Source: Alkalispirochaeta sp. (GTDB lineage Bacteria; Spirochaetota; Spirochaetia; DSM-27196; Alkalispirochaetaceae). From it: 64,000 nucleotides of DNA. Shown in pieces: positions 9,657 through 18,572 of this stretch. The stretch is from the NCBI GenBank assembly GCA_965242725.1, contig CBDESZ010000015.1:17347-81346 (forward strand), written 5' to 3'. The translations under genes and the position numbers were made by a program. The first letter of the stretch is position 1. Each line of letters starts with the position of its first letter. The notes below the pieces were generated by a model. That model made no database searches, had not been told where the DNA came from, and was given only the letters and a program-made list of their open reading frames with translations.

Positions 9657-11159
9657 CTACTCTTTCCCCCTGGCAATCACGTGCATGACGTCGCTCTCCG
9701 TCAGATTTCCACCGGAGAGCTCGCCGACGATTTCCCGGTCTTTCATGACAATCAATCGGGAACAGGTCCGCAGCATTTCCTCGATTTCGGACGAAATGAA
9801 GGTCACGCTGACTCCCTCTTCCGCCAGTTTCAGGACGAGCTTCTGGATCTCCACCTTTGTGCCCACGTCGATGCCCCGTGTAGGCTCGTCGAGGATGAGG
9901 TAGTCCGGGTGGGTAAGGAGCCAGCGCGCAAGAACCACCTTCTGCTGGTTGCCCCCTGAGAGGGACTTGATCGGTGTAGCCGACGTCGGTGTCTTGATAT
10001 TCAGTGCGGCGATATACTCGTCTGCGAACTCCTCCGCCTCTTTCCGTGAAAAGGGTTTGAGGAACCCTTTCATCACCTGCAGCGCAAGGATGATATTCTC
10101 CCGCACGGAGAGTTCGTCAATAATCCCGTCGCCTTTCCGGTCTTCCGGAAGATAGCCGATACCGTGTTTCATCGCATGTATAGGTTTTGTCAGCTTTACC
10201 TCTTCCCCTTTGACGCGAACCGTTCCGCCGGTAACTCTGTCCGCCGCAAAGATCGCCCGTGCGCTCTCGCTGCGGCCGGAACCCAGCAATCCTGCAAAGC
10301 CGTTCACCTCGCCTTTGTGTATCCTGAAGTCAAAGGGGCGCACTCCCGCCGCGCTGGAGAGCCCTTCCGCTTCAAATACCGGTACACTCTCGTCCGCGCC
10401 GGGGGGCTCATGGGTTTCAAAGTCGGCGATCGCATCAAGGGCTTTTCCCATCATCCTGGAGACGAGCTCCAGCTGCGGCAGTTTTGATGCTTCGTACTCG
10501 CCGATGAATGCTCCGTTTCGGAGTACCGTGATTCGGTCGCTGATTTCGTAAACCTGGTCAAGAAAGTGAGTGACAAAGAGGATCGCCACACCCCGCGACT
10601 TCAACTCCCGCATGAGGTTGAAGAGTTTCCGGACTTCGTCTTCATCGAGGGATGAAGTCGGCTCGTCCAGGACGAGGATTCTGCAGTTCATGTCGATCGC
10701 CCGGGCAATGGCGATCATCTGCTGAACCGCAAGGGAACAGCTTGAAAGCTGCTGGGTAGGTCGCGCCGGAATCCCCAGGGAATCCAGGAGTTCCGCCGTT
10801 CTCCTGTTTATCTTCTTCCAGTTGACGAAGGTGTACCTGCCGCGGCCGATGAACGTGTTTTCCGCGACGGTAAGATTGGGGCAGAGCGATATTTCCTGAT
10901 AGACCGTCCCGATCCCGTGGTTCTGGGCATCCTGGGGCGACCGGAAATGTATCTCCTCGCCGTCGATTGAAATCCTGCCGGCATCCTTCTCGTATACTCC
11001 GGTCATCACCTTGATCAACGTGGACTTGCCCGCTCCATTCTCGCCCATGAGCGAGTGGACCTCGCCCGTACGGAGGGTAAACCGCACATCCTGGAGTGCT
11101 TTCACTCCCGGAAACGCCTTGTGAATACCGCTCATTTCCAGCACATTCTGGGACTGCAA
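9657..11159 (-). CDS. Sugar ABC transporter ATP-binding protein, two NBDs (YtfR/RbsA-like)
   Basis: GENGAGKST, LDEPTSSL, LSGGNQQKV and LDEPTRGIDVG. Confidence 0.95.
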   Translation of the reverse strand: MQSQNVLEMSGIHKAFPGVKALQDVRFTLRTGEVHSLMGENGAGKSTLIKVMTGVYEKDAGRISIDGEEIHFRSPQDAQNHGIGTVYQEISLCPNLTVAENTFIGRGRYTFVNWKKINRRTAELLDSLGIPARPTQQLSSCSLAVQQMIAIARAIDMNCRILVLDEPTSSLDEDEVRKLFNLMRELKSRGVAILFVTHFLDQVYEISDRITVLRNGAFIGEYEASKLPQLELVSRMMGKALDAIADFETHEPPGADESVPVFEAEGLSSAAGVRPFDFRIHKGEVNGFAGLLGSGRSESARAIFAADRVTGGTVRVKGEEVKLTKPIHAMKHGIGYLPEDRKGDGIIDELSVRENIILALQVMKGFLKPFSRKEAEEFADEYIAALNIKTPTSATPIKSLSGGNQQKVVLARWLLTHPDYLILDEPTRGIDVGTKVEIQKLVLKLAEEGVSVTFISSEIEEMLRTCSRLIVMKDREIVGELSGGNLTESDVMHVIARGKE

Positions 11160-11192
11160 TTGTTGGCTCCCTGGACTTGAGTATAATCAAAG

Positions 11193-11232
11193 GCGGTACG
11201 ATGTGCCGGACAGGATCCGACCACCGTACCGC
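11193..11232 (-). terminator. Intercistronic stem-loop after the sugar SBP gene
   Basis: GCGGTACG / CGTACCGC inverted repeat between the SBP and ATPase genes. Confidence 0.45.
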
Positions 11233-11256
11233 GCACACAACCAATTTCCCCGTTTT

Positions 11257-12297
11257 TTACCGGGTAATGACTCCCTTGCCCGGATCGTCATTGATTCCGT
11301 GGGTCGCAATGATCTCGTCGGTCACCGTGTCGGTGTCGACACCGAGCTCGTCAATATAGACGATTCCGCTGGGGATCGACTCACCGGCCTCAAGTGCTTT
11401 GATCCATTCTGAGATCTCCGCCGCCTGGCGCGGGCTGGACTGCTGGTCGTAGTTCCAGTAACCTGCCTGGACGTTCCGAAGGGCAAAGCGGTTGAAGTCG
11501 AATCCGATAATGACGACGTCACCGTTTGCACCATGGGAGATTCCGGCTGCGTCGAGAGCCTGCACGGCACCCTGGGCCATACCGTCATTCTGGGCGTAAA
11601 TGACATTGAAGTCCTTGCCCGCCGTGATTGCAGCCTCGACAACCCGTCGCGCTTCCTCAAGGCTCCAGCTGTCGCCGCCCGTTCCGTCGGCTACGATGGT
11701 GAGGTCTCCCGCTTCTTCAGCTTTCAGCACCGCATCGCTCCGGCCAATCTCGGCGGCGGAACCCAACTGCCCACGGATGAGGACAACGTTGTATTCACTT
11801 AAGCCCTGTTCCAGCAGCCAGTTCACTGTATTCCGTCCCTGTGCATACATGTCGGAAACGAGGGCCGCGCGGAAATTGGACTGGGCGGTGTCGATGAGCC
11901 GGTCAAAGAGAAAGACTGTTACGCCGGCGGTCTTTGCGGACTGCAGCACGTTGTCCCACCCTGAGGCGTTTGCCGCGGAGATGAGGAGATAATCCACGCC
12001 GTCGCGGATATACCCCTGTGCCGCCGCGATCTGCTCGCTGTTGTCCCCGGTATTGGTCTGCCGCGCATCGTATCCGTTGGCCCGGGAGAAGACGGTGTTC
12101 ATGTCCTCCACGTTGGCCTGGCGGTACCCGGACTCCTCCGGCGGCAGATTTACGATTCCGACGCGGATCAGCCCGCTTTCGCCTGCCCCTTCGCTTGATC
12201 CGCGGGCACTCACCATGCCGGTAACGGCCAGGACAAGTACAAGGATCAGACACAATACCCTGTGCGCCTTTCTTCCAGACAATTCTCGAACTACCAT
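11257..12297 (-). CDS. Sugar ABC transporter substrate-binding protein (YtfQ/RbsB fold)
   Basis: Signal peptide, ES..R, V.L.DR and YAQND.MA.G motifs; GGAGG RBS before ATG 12297. Confidence 0.9.
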   Translation of the reverse strand: MVVRELSGRKAHRVLCLILVLVLAVTGMVSARGSSEGAGESGLIRVGIVNLPPEESGYRQANVEDMNTVFSRANGYDARQTNTGDNSEQIAAAQGYIRDGVDYLLISAANASGWDNVLQSAKTAGVTVFLFDRLIDTAQSNFRAALVSDMYAQGRNTVNWLLEQGLSEYNVVLIRGQLGSAAEIGRSDAVLKAEEAGDLTIVADGTGGDSWSLEEARRVVEAAITAGKDFNVIYAQNDGMAQGAVQALDAAGISHGANGDVVIIGFDFNRFALRNVQAGYWNYDQQSSPRQAAEISEWIKALEAGESIPSGIVYIDELGVDTDTVTDEIIATHGINDDPGKGVITR

Positions 12298-12563
12298 AGT
12301 GAACCTCCGTTTATGTGAAACGACTTGACTCAAAAGGGCGGCAACGCCGCGCTTTCCGACCTCTACCAGTAAAAAGGCAATTTCGGCGCGGCGCTACGGG
12401 AATCCTTTCGCTCTTGTGACGATCCTTTATGGGAAAAACCGGTGCGCCACGTTATTTCTTTGATTTTATTGGGGAATACCGTGATTTCTTTCGAACTTTT
12501 GCCGTCGGCGCGGTTTTCCCTTTTGCCCGGTTCCATCCATGGTAAAATCGAAGGACTATCGTT

Positions 12564-13556
12564 ATGGGTATACAAAAGATTGTTTCAACCCTTTTCATAA
12601 CTCTTGGGATCGTCGCGCTGAGCGGCTGCAGTTCCGGATCCGGTTCCGGAAGCACCCGGGAGCCGGAGGCAAGCCCGATCGTGCTCGGTTATTCCCAGCT
12701 GGGGGATGAGAGCACCTGGCGCAGCCAGAACAGCCGTTCCATAATCGCCGCCGCGGAAGAGGCGGGTATCAATATCATGTTTGAAAACGCGATGCAGGAT
12801 CCGGAAAACCAGATCAAGGCGATACGCTCATTCATCGCGTACAAGGTCGACGTCATCGCGTTTTCACCGCTGGTGGAAACGGGATGGGACACCGTACTCG
12901 GAGAAGCCAAGGACGCCGGTATCCCTGTGATCATCGTTGACCGTATGATCAACACCGCCGACGACAGCCTCTACGCATGCGCCCTCGGCTCGGACTTTGA
13001 ACAGGAAGGACGTCGGGCCGGGGAGTTTCTTCTCAGGAAGTTCGATGACCGGCAAGGTCCCGTCAATATCGTCGAACTCGGCGGCACTGCCGATTCAACC
13101 CCCGCCATCGGGCGATACAAGGGTTTCAGGGACGTCATCGCCTCCCACCCCCGTTTTCAGGTGATCTTCAGCGAGGACGGCGACTTCATGGCCAGCAAGG
13201 GACGGGAGATCATGCAGCAGGTGCTTACGCAGTTTGATCCATCGGAGATTGACGTTCTCTACTCCCACAATGACGACATGACCTTCGGCGCAATCGAGGT
13301 GATGCACGAGTCGGGAATAAAACCGGGCACTGATATTGTGATCATCTCCGTCGATGCAACGCAGCGCATCGTCAACTACCTGAAAGCGGGGCTGGTGAAT
13401 TCGGTCATTGAGTGTAATCCCAACAGCGGCCCTCAGGTGATGGATATCGCCCGCAGGATTGTCTCGGGTGAAGCGGTTGAAAAGCACATCTATATCAATG
13501 AGACCGTTTTTGACGAATATTCAGACTTGGACTCGATTGCGGACAGAGGGTACTGA
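12564..13556 (+). CDS. Sugar-binding lipoprotein (YtfQ-like), probably a sensory partner of the downstream kinase
   Basis: Lipobox LSGC; SQ.G.ES.WR, VIIVDR, SHNDDM and ECNP motifs. Confidence 0.9.
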   Translation: MGIQKIVSTLFITLGIVALSGCSSGSGSGSTREPEASPIVLGYSQLGDESTWRSQNSRSIIAAAEEAGINIMFENAMQDPENQIKAIRSFIAYKVDVIAFSPLVETGWDTVLGEAKDAGIPVIIVDRMINTADDSLYACALGSDFEQEGRRAGEFLLRKFDDRQGPVNIVELGGTADSTPAIGRYKGFRDVIASHPRFQVIFSEDGDFMASKGREIMQQVLTQFDPSEIDVLYSHNDDMTFGAIEVMHESGIKPGTDIVIISVDATQRIVNYLKAGLVNSVIECNPNSGPQVMDIARRIVSGEAVEKHIYINETVFDEYSDLDSIADRGY

Positions 13557-13572
13557 TACCAGAGGTACGGGA

Positions 13573-15039
13573 ATGTTACGCACAAACAGTATACGCAAGA
13601 CATTACGGGTAACAACCATCGTCGCCGTCCTCGCGATGGTTCTGCCTCTGCTGATCAGTACCCTCTACTACAACATCACCCTGAGCCAGTATGGGAGGAT
13701 CATAGACAACGTCTACAGCGCAAACAGCCTCTCCAGCCGCCTCCAGGGTGATATTTACAACACCATGTGGAACGTCGTATCCGGGAAGACGAGATTCTCG
13801 GACAATACACAGTACGAGTTGATGGACCGAATCCGCGGTCGCCTGGACGCGTTGAAAGCGGGCGCCAACAGCGAGGACAACAGCTATCTGATCCAGGTAG
13901 CCAGGAACACCCTGGATACGATCGAGGGCTACGTTGACGAAATCGGTGCAAATATCGCCTCCGGCCGCCCCGTCCGGGAGAACGAGGAAATACTGGGAGA
14001 GATCAGCTCGGTGAGCGAACTGCTCTATGACGTCATTCAGACTTTTGTCGCCGCTGAAATGGAGATCGCCCATATTCAGACGACACAGATTCAGCGGTCC
14101 AGGGACCTGATGACCGTCTTTCAGATCATGCTCTTTGCATCGATTCTCACCTTCCTCTTCAGGAACTACAAGCAGTTGAACCGCCGCATCAATGACCCCG
14201 TTTACCGCCTCAAGACGATGGCCTCCCGGATCGCCCAGGGCGACCTGTCGATCCGCGTCGATAAACCGGAGGTGAGCGAGCTTGATGAACTCACCGACAG
14301 CCTTAATACGATGGCGGGAAAGCTGGGTCAGCTGATCGAGCAGAATATGCAAAAACAGCAGAACCTGCAGAAGGCGGAAATGAAGGCGCTCCAGGCGCAG
14401 ATTGCTCCGCACTTCATGTACAACACCCTTGATACAATCCTCTCTCTGGCGGAGGACGGGCAGAACGAAAGTGTCGTGACCACGACGCTGGCACTATCCC
14501 GTTTCTTTCGCCTCTCCCTCAATAAGGGGAGGGACTGGGTGCCGGTGGCTGAAGAGAAGTCCCATGTGGAGAGCTACCTGGCCATACAGAAAATTCGCTA
14601 CGGTGCGATTCTTGAATACGAAATCGACATCGCCGAGGAGATCCTCAACCAGTCGATGCTCAAGATTCTGCTGCAACCCCTTGTGGAAAACGCAATCTAT
14701 CACGGCATCAAGGAGACGCGTCGCGCCGGTATGATACGGCTGACCGGAAGGTCCCGGGAAGGGTGTCTGATCTTCACGGTGGAGGACAACGGTCTGGGAA
14801 TGACCGGGGAAGAGCTGGATACACTGAAGGAGAGTCTCTTTCACTACGACGTCTCCAATCCCGAGATGGGATTCGGCCTCTATAACGTATTCAAGCGGAT
14901 TCAGCTTTACTACGAGATCGACAACGGACTGACTGTGGAAAGCGAGTATGACAAAGGGAGCCGAATCACCCTGCGGCTGCCGGCGATACCCTCGCCCGTC
15001 CCCGCCCGGGTGCCGGCGATTTCAGGGGGAGGGAAGTAG
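13573..15039 (+). CDS. Sensor histidine kinase, YesM/LytS type (HAMP + His_kinase + HATPase)
   Basis: ALQAQI.PHF.YNTL, LQPLVENA..HG, DNG.G and GFGL.NV. Confidence 0.94.
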   Translation: MLRTNSIRKTLRVTTIVAVLAMVLPLLISTLYYNITLSQYGRIIDNVYSANSLSSRLQGDIYNTMWNVVSGKTRFSDNTQYELMDRIRGRLDALKAGANSEDNSYLIQVARNTLDTIEGYVDEIGANIASGRPVRENEEILGEISSVSELLYDVIQTFVAAEMEIAHIQTTQIQRSRDLMTVFQIMLFASILTFLFRNYKQLNRRINDPVYRLKTMASRIAQGDLSIRVDKPEVSELDELTDSLNTMAGKLGQLIEQNMQKQQNLQKAEMKALQAQIAPHFMYNTLDTILSLAEDGQNESVVTTTLALSRFFRLSLNKGRDWVPVAEEKSHVESYLAIQKIRYGAILEYEIDIAEEILNQSMLKILLQPLVENAIYHGIKETRRAGMIRLTGRSREGCLIFTVEDNGLGMTGEELDTLKESLFHYDVSNPEMGFGLYNVFKRIQLYYEIDNGLTVESEYDKGSRITLRLPAIPSPVPARVPAISGGGK

Positions 15040-15041
15040 CG

Positions 15042-16700
15042 ATGCATACCGTTTTTCTCGTAGAGGACGAGCCGGTTATACGAAACAACATACGCAAGGC
15101 GGTGGAGCGGAACGACGAGTACTATAGCGTCGTCGGAGAGGCTGGTGACGGCGAGCTGGCGCTCTCCATGATTCGCGAGCTGAAACCGGACATCCTGATC
15201 ACCGACATCAAGATGCCCTTCATGGACGGGCTTGCCCTCGCGCGTCACGCCAGGGCGATCATTCCATGGCTCAGAATCATCATCATCAGCGGCTACGACG
15301 AGTTTGAACTCGCCCGGCAGGCGATCTGGGTCGGTGTGGACCATTACCTTCTCAAGCCGGTGACGGGTCGGGATCTTCTCACGGCGCTCCAAAAGGCGAG
15401 CGACCAGATCACGGAACACAAGAAGCACAGCGCTTCCTATCTGAGCGAGAGTTCCGATGAAGAAACAGTCCGAAACGCGCTGGTAAGCACCTTCCTGGAA
15501 CAGCTCTGCGGTGGAGGAATGACGCCGGACGAAACCTTTCGCCGCGCCGACGAGCTGGGAATCAACATCCTGAGCAGACGCTACGTCGTTCTCGTCTCGG
15601 TCCTCGAGGGGAAAAACGGCTACCCCAATCGACAGGAGATCGTATCACGGGTGAAGTACATGCTCGTTGACGAACCGGAGGTCTTTTATTTCTTTAACGG
15701 CGTCGATCAGGTGGTCATGATCATCAAGGGCGAGGAGGAGACCGATGTCACCGAAAAGGCGTACCACACGGCACAGACGCTCAAGCATGAAGTGGAGGAC
15801 GACGGCACAACCCTCCTAACGGCGGGCATCAGCAGTGTTGCCTGCCGCATTAGCGCCATACGGGACGCCTATCACGAGGCGTGCATCCTCCTGAAAACAT
15901 TCGGACAGACCAGCCGCGGCCGTATTCTCTGCGCCGGCGACATCGGGCGCATTCACAGCCCCGTCACCACCTCCGCCGACAGGCTCTTCAACCTCAACAC
16001 CGAGAACAAACTCAAGTTCGCCACTGCAGAGGATGTGCCTTCAATCGTCCGGGAGTTCACCGAGAACATCACCGCCGACGAGATGCAAAGCGTCCTCTAC
16101 CGCTACTACGTCCTCATGGACCTCACCAACACGGCCATGAGGATCATCCGTGACTTCAGCCCCGGCACCGATCCCGCGGAAATCGCCGGGCACTACGCGG
16201 ACCTGCGGGAAATGTTCCAGTCCGCCATGTCGGCCGAGGAGTTCAGCGAACTTGCGACGGCAATCTGCCTGAAAACGATCGAGCTGCGCGACAGCGGCAA
16301 CACCAGCCACCACGCAAAGCTGGTACGACGCGCCTGTGAGTACATTCAGGAGAACTACAACCACCCCGACATCTCACTGACCACCGTCGCCTCCCACGTT
16401 GCATTGAGTCCCACCCACTTCAGCACAATCTTCTCCCAGGAAATGGCGGTGACCTTCATCGACCACCTTACAAACGTCCGCATGGAGAAGGTAAAGGAGC
16501 TCCTGGCAACCACAGACGAAAAGGTCGTCAACATCGCCTTTGCCGTGGGATACAACGAGCCGAACTACCTGAGCCACCTTTTCAAGAAGCGGGAGGGACT
16601 GACCCCAAAGGAGTATCGGCAGCAGAGACGGCCGTACAACGTCACCCCCCGTGGTGTTGGACAGTACGCCCGAGGCGGAGGAGGGCGACACCAATCATAA
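15042..16700 (+). CDS. Response regulator, YesN type (REC + AraC HTH)
   Basis: VEDE…ITDIKMP.MDG…YLLKP; C-terminal IA..VGY….Y….FKK..G.TP..YR. Confidence 0.94.
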   Translation: MHTVFLVEDEPVIRNNIRKAVERNDEYYSVVGEAGDGELALSMIRELKPDILITDIKMPFMDGLALARHARAIIPWLRIIIISGYDEFELARQAIWVGVDHYLLKPVTGRDLLTALQKASDQITEHKKHSASYLSESSDEETVRNALVSTFLEQLCGGGMTPDETFRRADELGINILSRRYVVLVSVLEGKNGYPNRQEIVSRVKYMLVDEPEVFYFFNGVDQVVMIIKGEEETDVTEKAYHTAQTLKHEVEDDGTTLLTAGISSVACRISAIRDAYHEACILLKTFGQTSRGRILCAGDIGRIHSPVTTSADRLFNLNTENKLKFATAEDVPSIVREFTENITADEMQSVLYRYYVLMDLTNTAMRIIRDFSPGTDPAEIAGHYADLREMFQSAMSAEEFSELATAICLKTIELRDSGNTSHHAKLVRRACEYIQENYNHPDISLTTVASHVALSPTHFSTIFSQEMAVTFIDHLTNVRMEKVKELLATTDEKVVNIAFAVGYNEPNYLSHLFKKREGLTPKEYRQQRRPYNVTPRGVGQYARGGGGRHQS

Positions 16701-17325
16701 TAAACCAGGCGACGTAACCAAGCCCGGAAAGCGCCGAAAGGAGGTCTCCGATCACCGGGACGTACAGCCCGAAAGCCAGGAAATTGGTTGCGAGTCCGAC
16801 AACGGCAGTGGCGTTGGAGTAAAACGGACTTTTCAGCATCAAAGCGGATACAAGAAGCAGCGCGATGGTACCCAGAACATAGTGCAGGTGATATGCCGTT
16901 CCGTATGCAACCGAAAGCATCGCCTCTCCTGCCGCAATCAATGCGTTTCTGTCCGATGCAACGGCTGATTCCGCATAGCGTTCATAGAGATACATCATAT
17001 TGAATACCGTGCTGGAGCTGAAAAATGCAATGGTTCCGGACAGTCCCAGGATGAGCGCCACAAGGGCTATTGACCTGTTTACCCTCCACAAAGACAGACA
17101 CAGCGCGGGAATGAGAATCAGGTTAACGACGTTATTCAGGAGGTACAGCAGATCAAGGGAGACCAACCCCATGAGAATGTTCTTCTCAAAGAGTGCGAAG
17201 AAACCGGCGGCACTTTCCGGCGGCGGGCTCATGATAAAGGCGACGACCTGCCCGGGGATAATGGCAAGTGAAAAAAAGGCGCCAAGAGCGCCAAAAATAT
17301 AGATGGGACGCCAGTGAGCTTCCAT
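16642..17325 (-). CDS. Multi-pass membrane protein, DUF4386-like
   Basis: 227 aa hydrophobic ORF with GGAGG RBS; overlaps the 3' end of the convergent response regulator. Confidence 0.7.
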   Translation of the reverse strand: MEAHWRPIYIFGALGAFFSLAIIPGQVVAFIMSPPPESAAGFFALFEKNILMGLVSLDLLYLLNNVVNLILIPALCLSLWRVNRSIALVALILGLSGTIAFFSSSTVFNMMYLYERYAESAVASDRNALIAAGEAMLSVAYGTAYHLHYVLGTIALLLVSALMLKSPFYSNATAVVGLATNFLAFGLYVPVIGDLLSALSGLGYVAWFIMIGVALLRLGRTVQHHGG

Positions 17326-17441
17326 AGGTACCTCCCGACCACCGCTGTAAATATTGCAATGAGTATAGATTTATTACGGGCAGCGCGTCACGTACAGCTT
17401 CAGTCTTTACGGCCGGCGGCGCGCCTCTTATACTTTTGACC

Positions 17442-18572
17442 ATGAGAATTCGGCGTCTCGTCGGGCGCGCAACGCTGCTCCGTACTGCGCTGGTCGCGGT
17501 GGTACTCCTGTTGATACAGTCATGCAGCCCAACCCCGCCGGTCAGGATCGGATTTATCGCCGCCCTCAGCGGCCGCCTCTCACAGCTCGGTGTTGCCAGC
17601 AGGGAAGCGCTCCAGATCGCCGTTAGTTTGCAGAACGAGCGGGGCGGTATCAACGGGAGACGGATTGAGCTCTCCGTCGTCGACGATCAGAGCATTCCCG
17701 AAAAAGGAATTGAAGAGATCAACAATCTCGCCGACGTGGGCGTCGCGGCAATTATCGGCCCCCTCACCAGTAACATGCTCCCGGCAATTGAATCTCTGGA
17801 GGGCCGGAACATTCTCATATTCAGCCCCACCGTTTCCACCGCTTCCCTGGACGGCAGAGACGACCATTTTATTCGTGCTATTTCCAGTACATCTCATCAA
17901 GGTCGCATCCTTTCGGTGCTCATGGACCGGGATGGAATGGATACCGTTTCAATAGTCTATGACACCTCCAACGTAGAATACACCGGGGATGTTCTTGATT
18001 CGTTTCTGGAGTTCTATGGGGGAGCGGGTACCGTGAATGGAATCTATCCATACGACAGTTCTGACGACCATGACTTTGTCGAACTTGCGGAAAAGATTGT
18101 CGGTGATTCCTCCCAGGCGTTGCTGATGATCACAAGTGGAATTGACGCGGCGGCGCTGGCGCAGCAATTATGGAAACGTGACCACGCCGTCGCGCTCTAT
18201 GGGGCACGGTGGGCAAAAACGGACGATATCCTTGAGTACGGTGGCCGCGCGGTGGAAGGCATGAAGCTTGTCAGTGACTATTTTGTCTGTGAATCAGACG
18301 CCGCCGCGGAGTTTCGGCGTCGTTTTCGGCAACGACTGGGATACGATCCCGGATTCTCATCGATATACACATATGAAGCGGCGCAGATACTCTTTTCCGC
18401 CATGGAGCGCGCCTCATCGTTTTCAGCCGACGAGTTGAAAAGTGAAATCCTCAACAGGGTCCATCCCGGTTATTGTTACGATATCTTCCTCGACCGGTAC
18501 GGCGATATCCAGCGGCAGGACGCGTATACGGTAATAGAAGAAGGAGTGTTCCGTGCGCGCCCGCTGGAGTAA
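17442..18572 (+). CDS. LivJ/K-type periplasmic binding lipoprotein
   Basis: Lipobox IQSC; GGINGR.IEL…DD, IIGP..S and Y.Y.A motifs; no adjacent permease. Confidence 0.88.
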   Translation: MRIRRLVGRATLLRTALVAVVLLLIQSCSPTPPVRIGFIAALSGRLSQLGVASREALQIAVSLQNERGGINGRRIELSVVDDQSIPEKGIEEINNLADVGVAAIIGPLTSNMLPAIESLEGRNILIFSPTVSTASLDGRDDHFIRAISSTSHQGRILSVLMDRDGMDTVSIVYDTSNVEYTGDVLDSFLEFYGGAGTVNGIYPYDSSDDHDFVELAEKIVGDSSQALLMITSGIDAAALAQQLWKRDHAVALYGARWAKTDDILEYGGRAVEGMKLVSDYFVCESDAAAEFRRRFRQRLGYDPGFSSIYTYEAAQILFSAMERASSFSADELKSEILNRVHPGYCYDIFLDRYGDIQRQDAYTVIEEGVFRARPLE

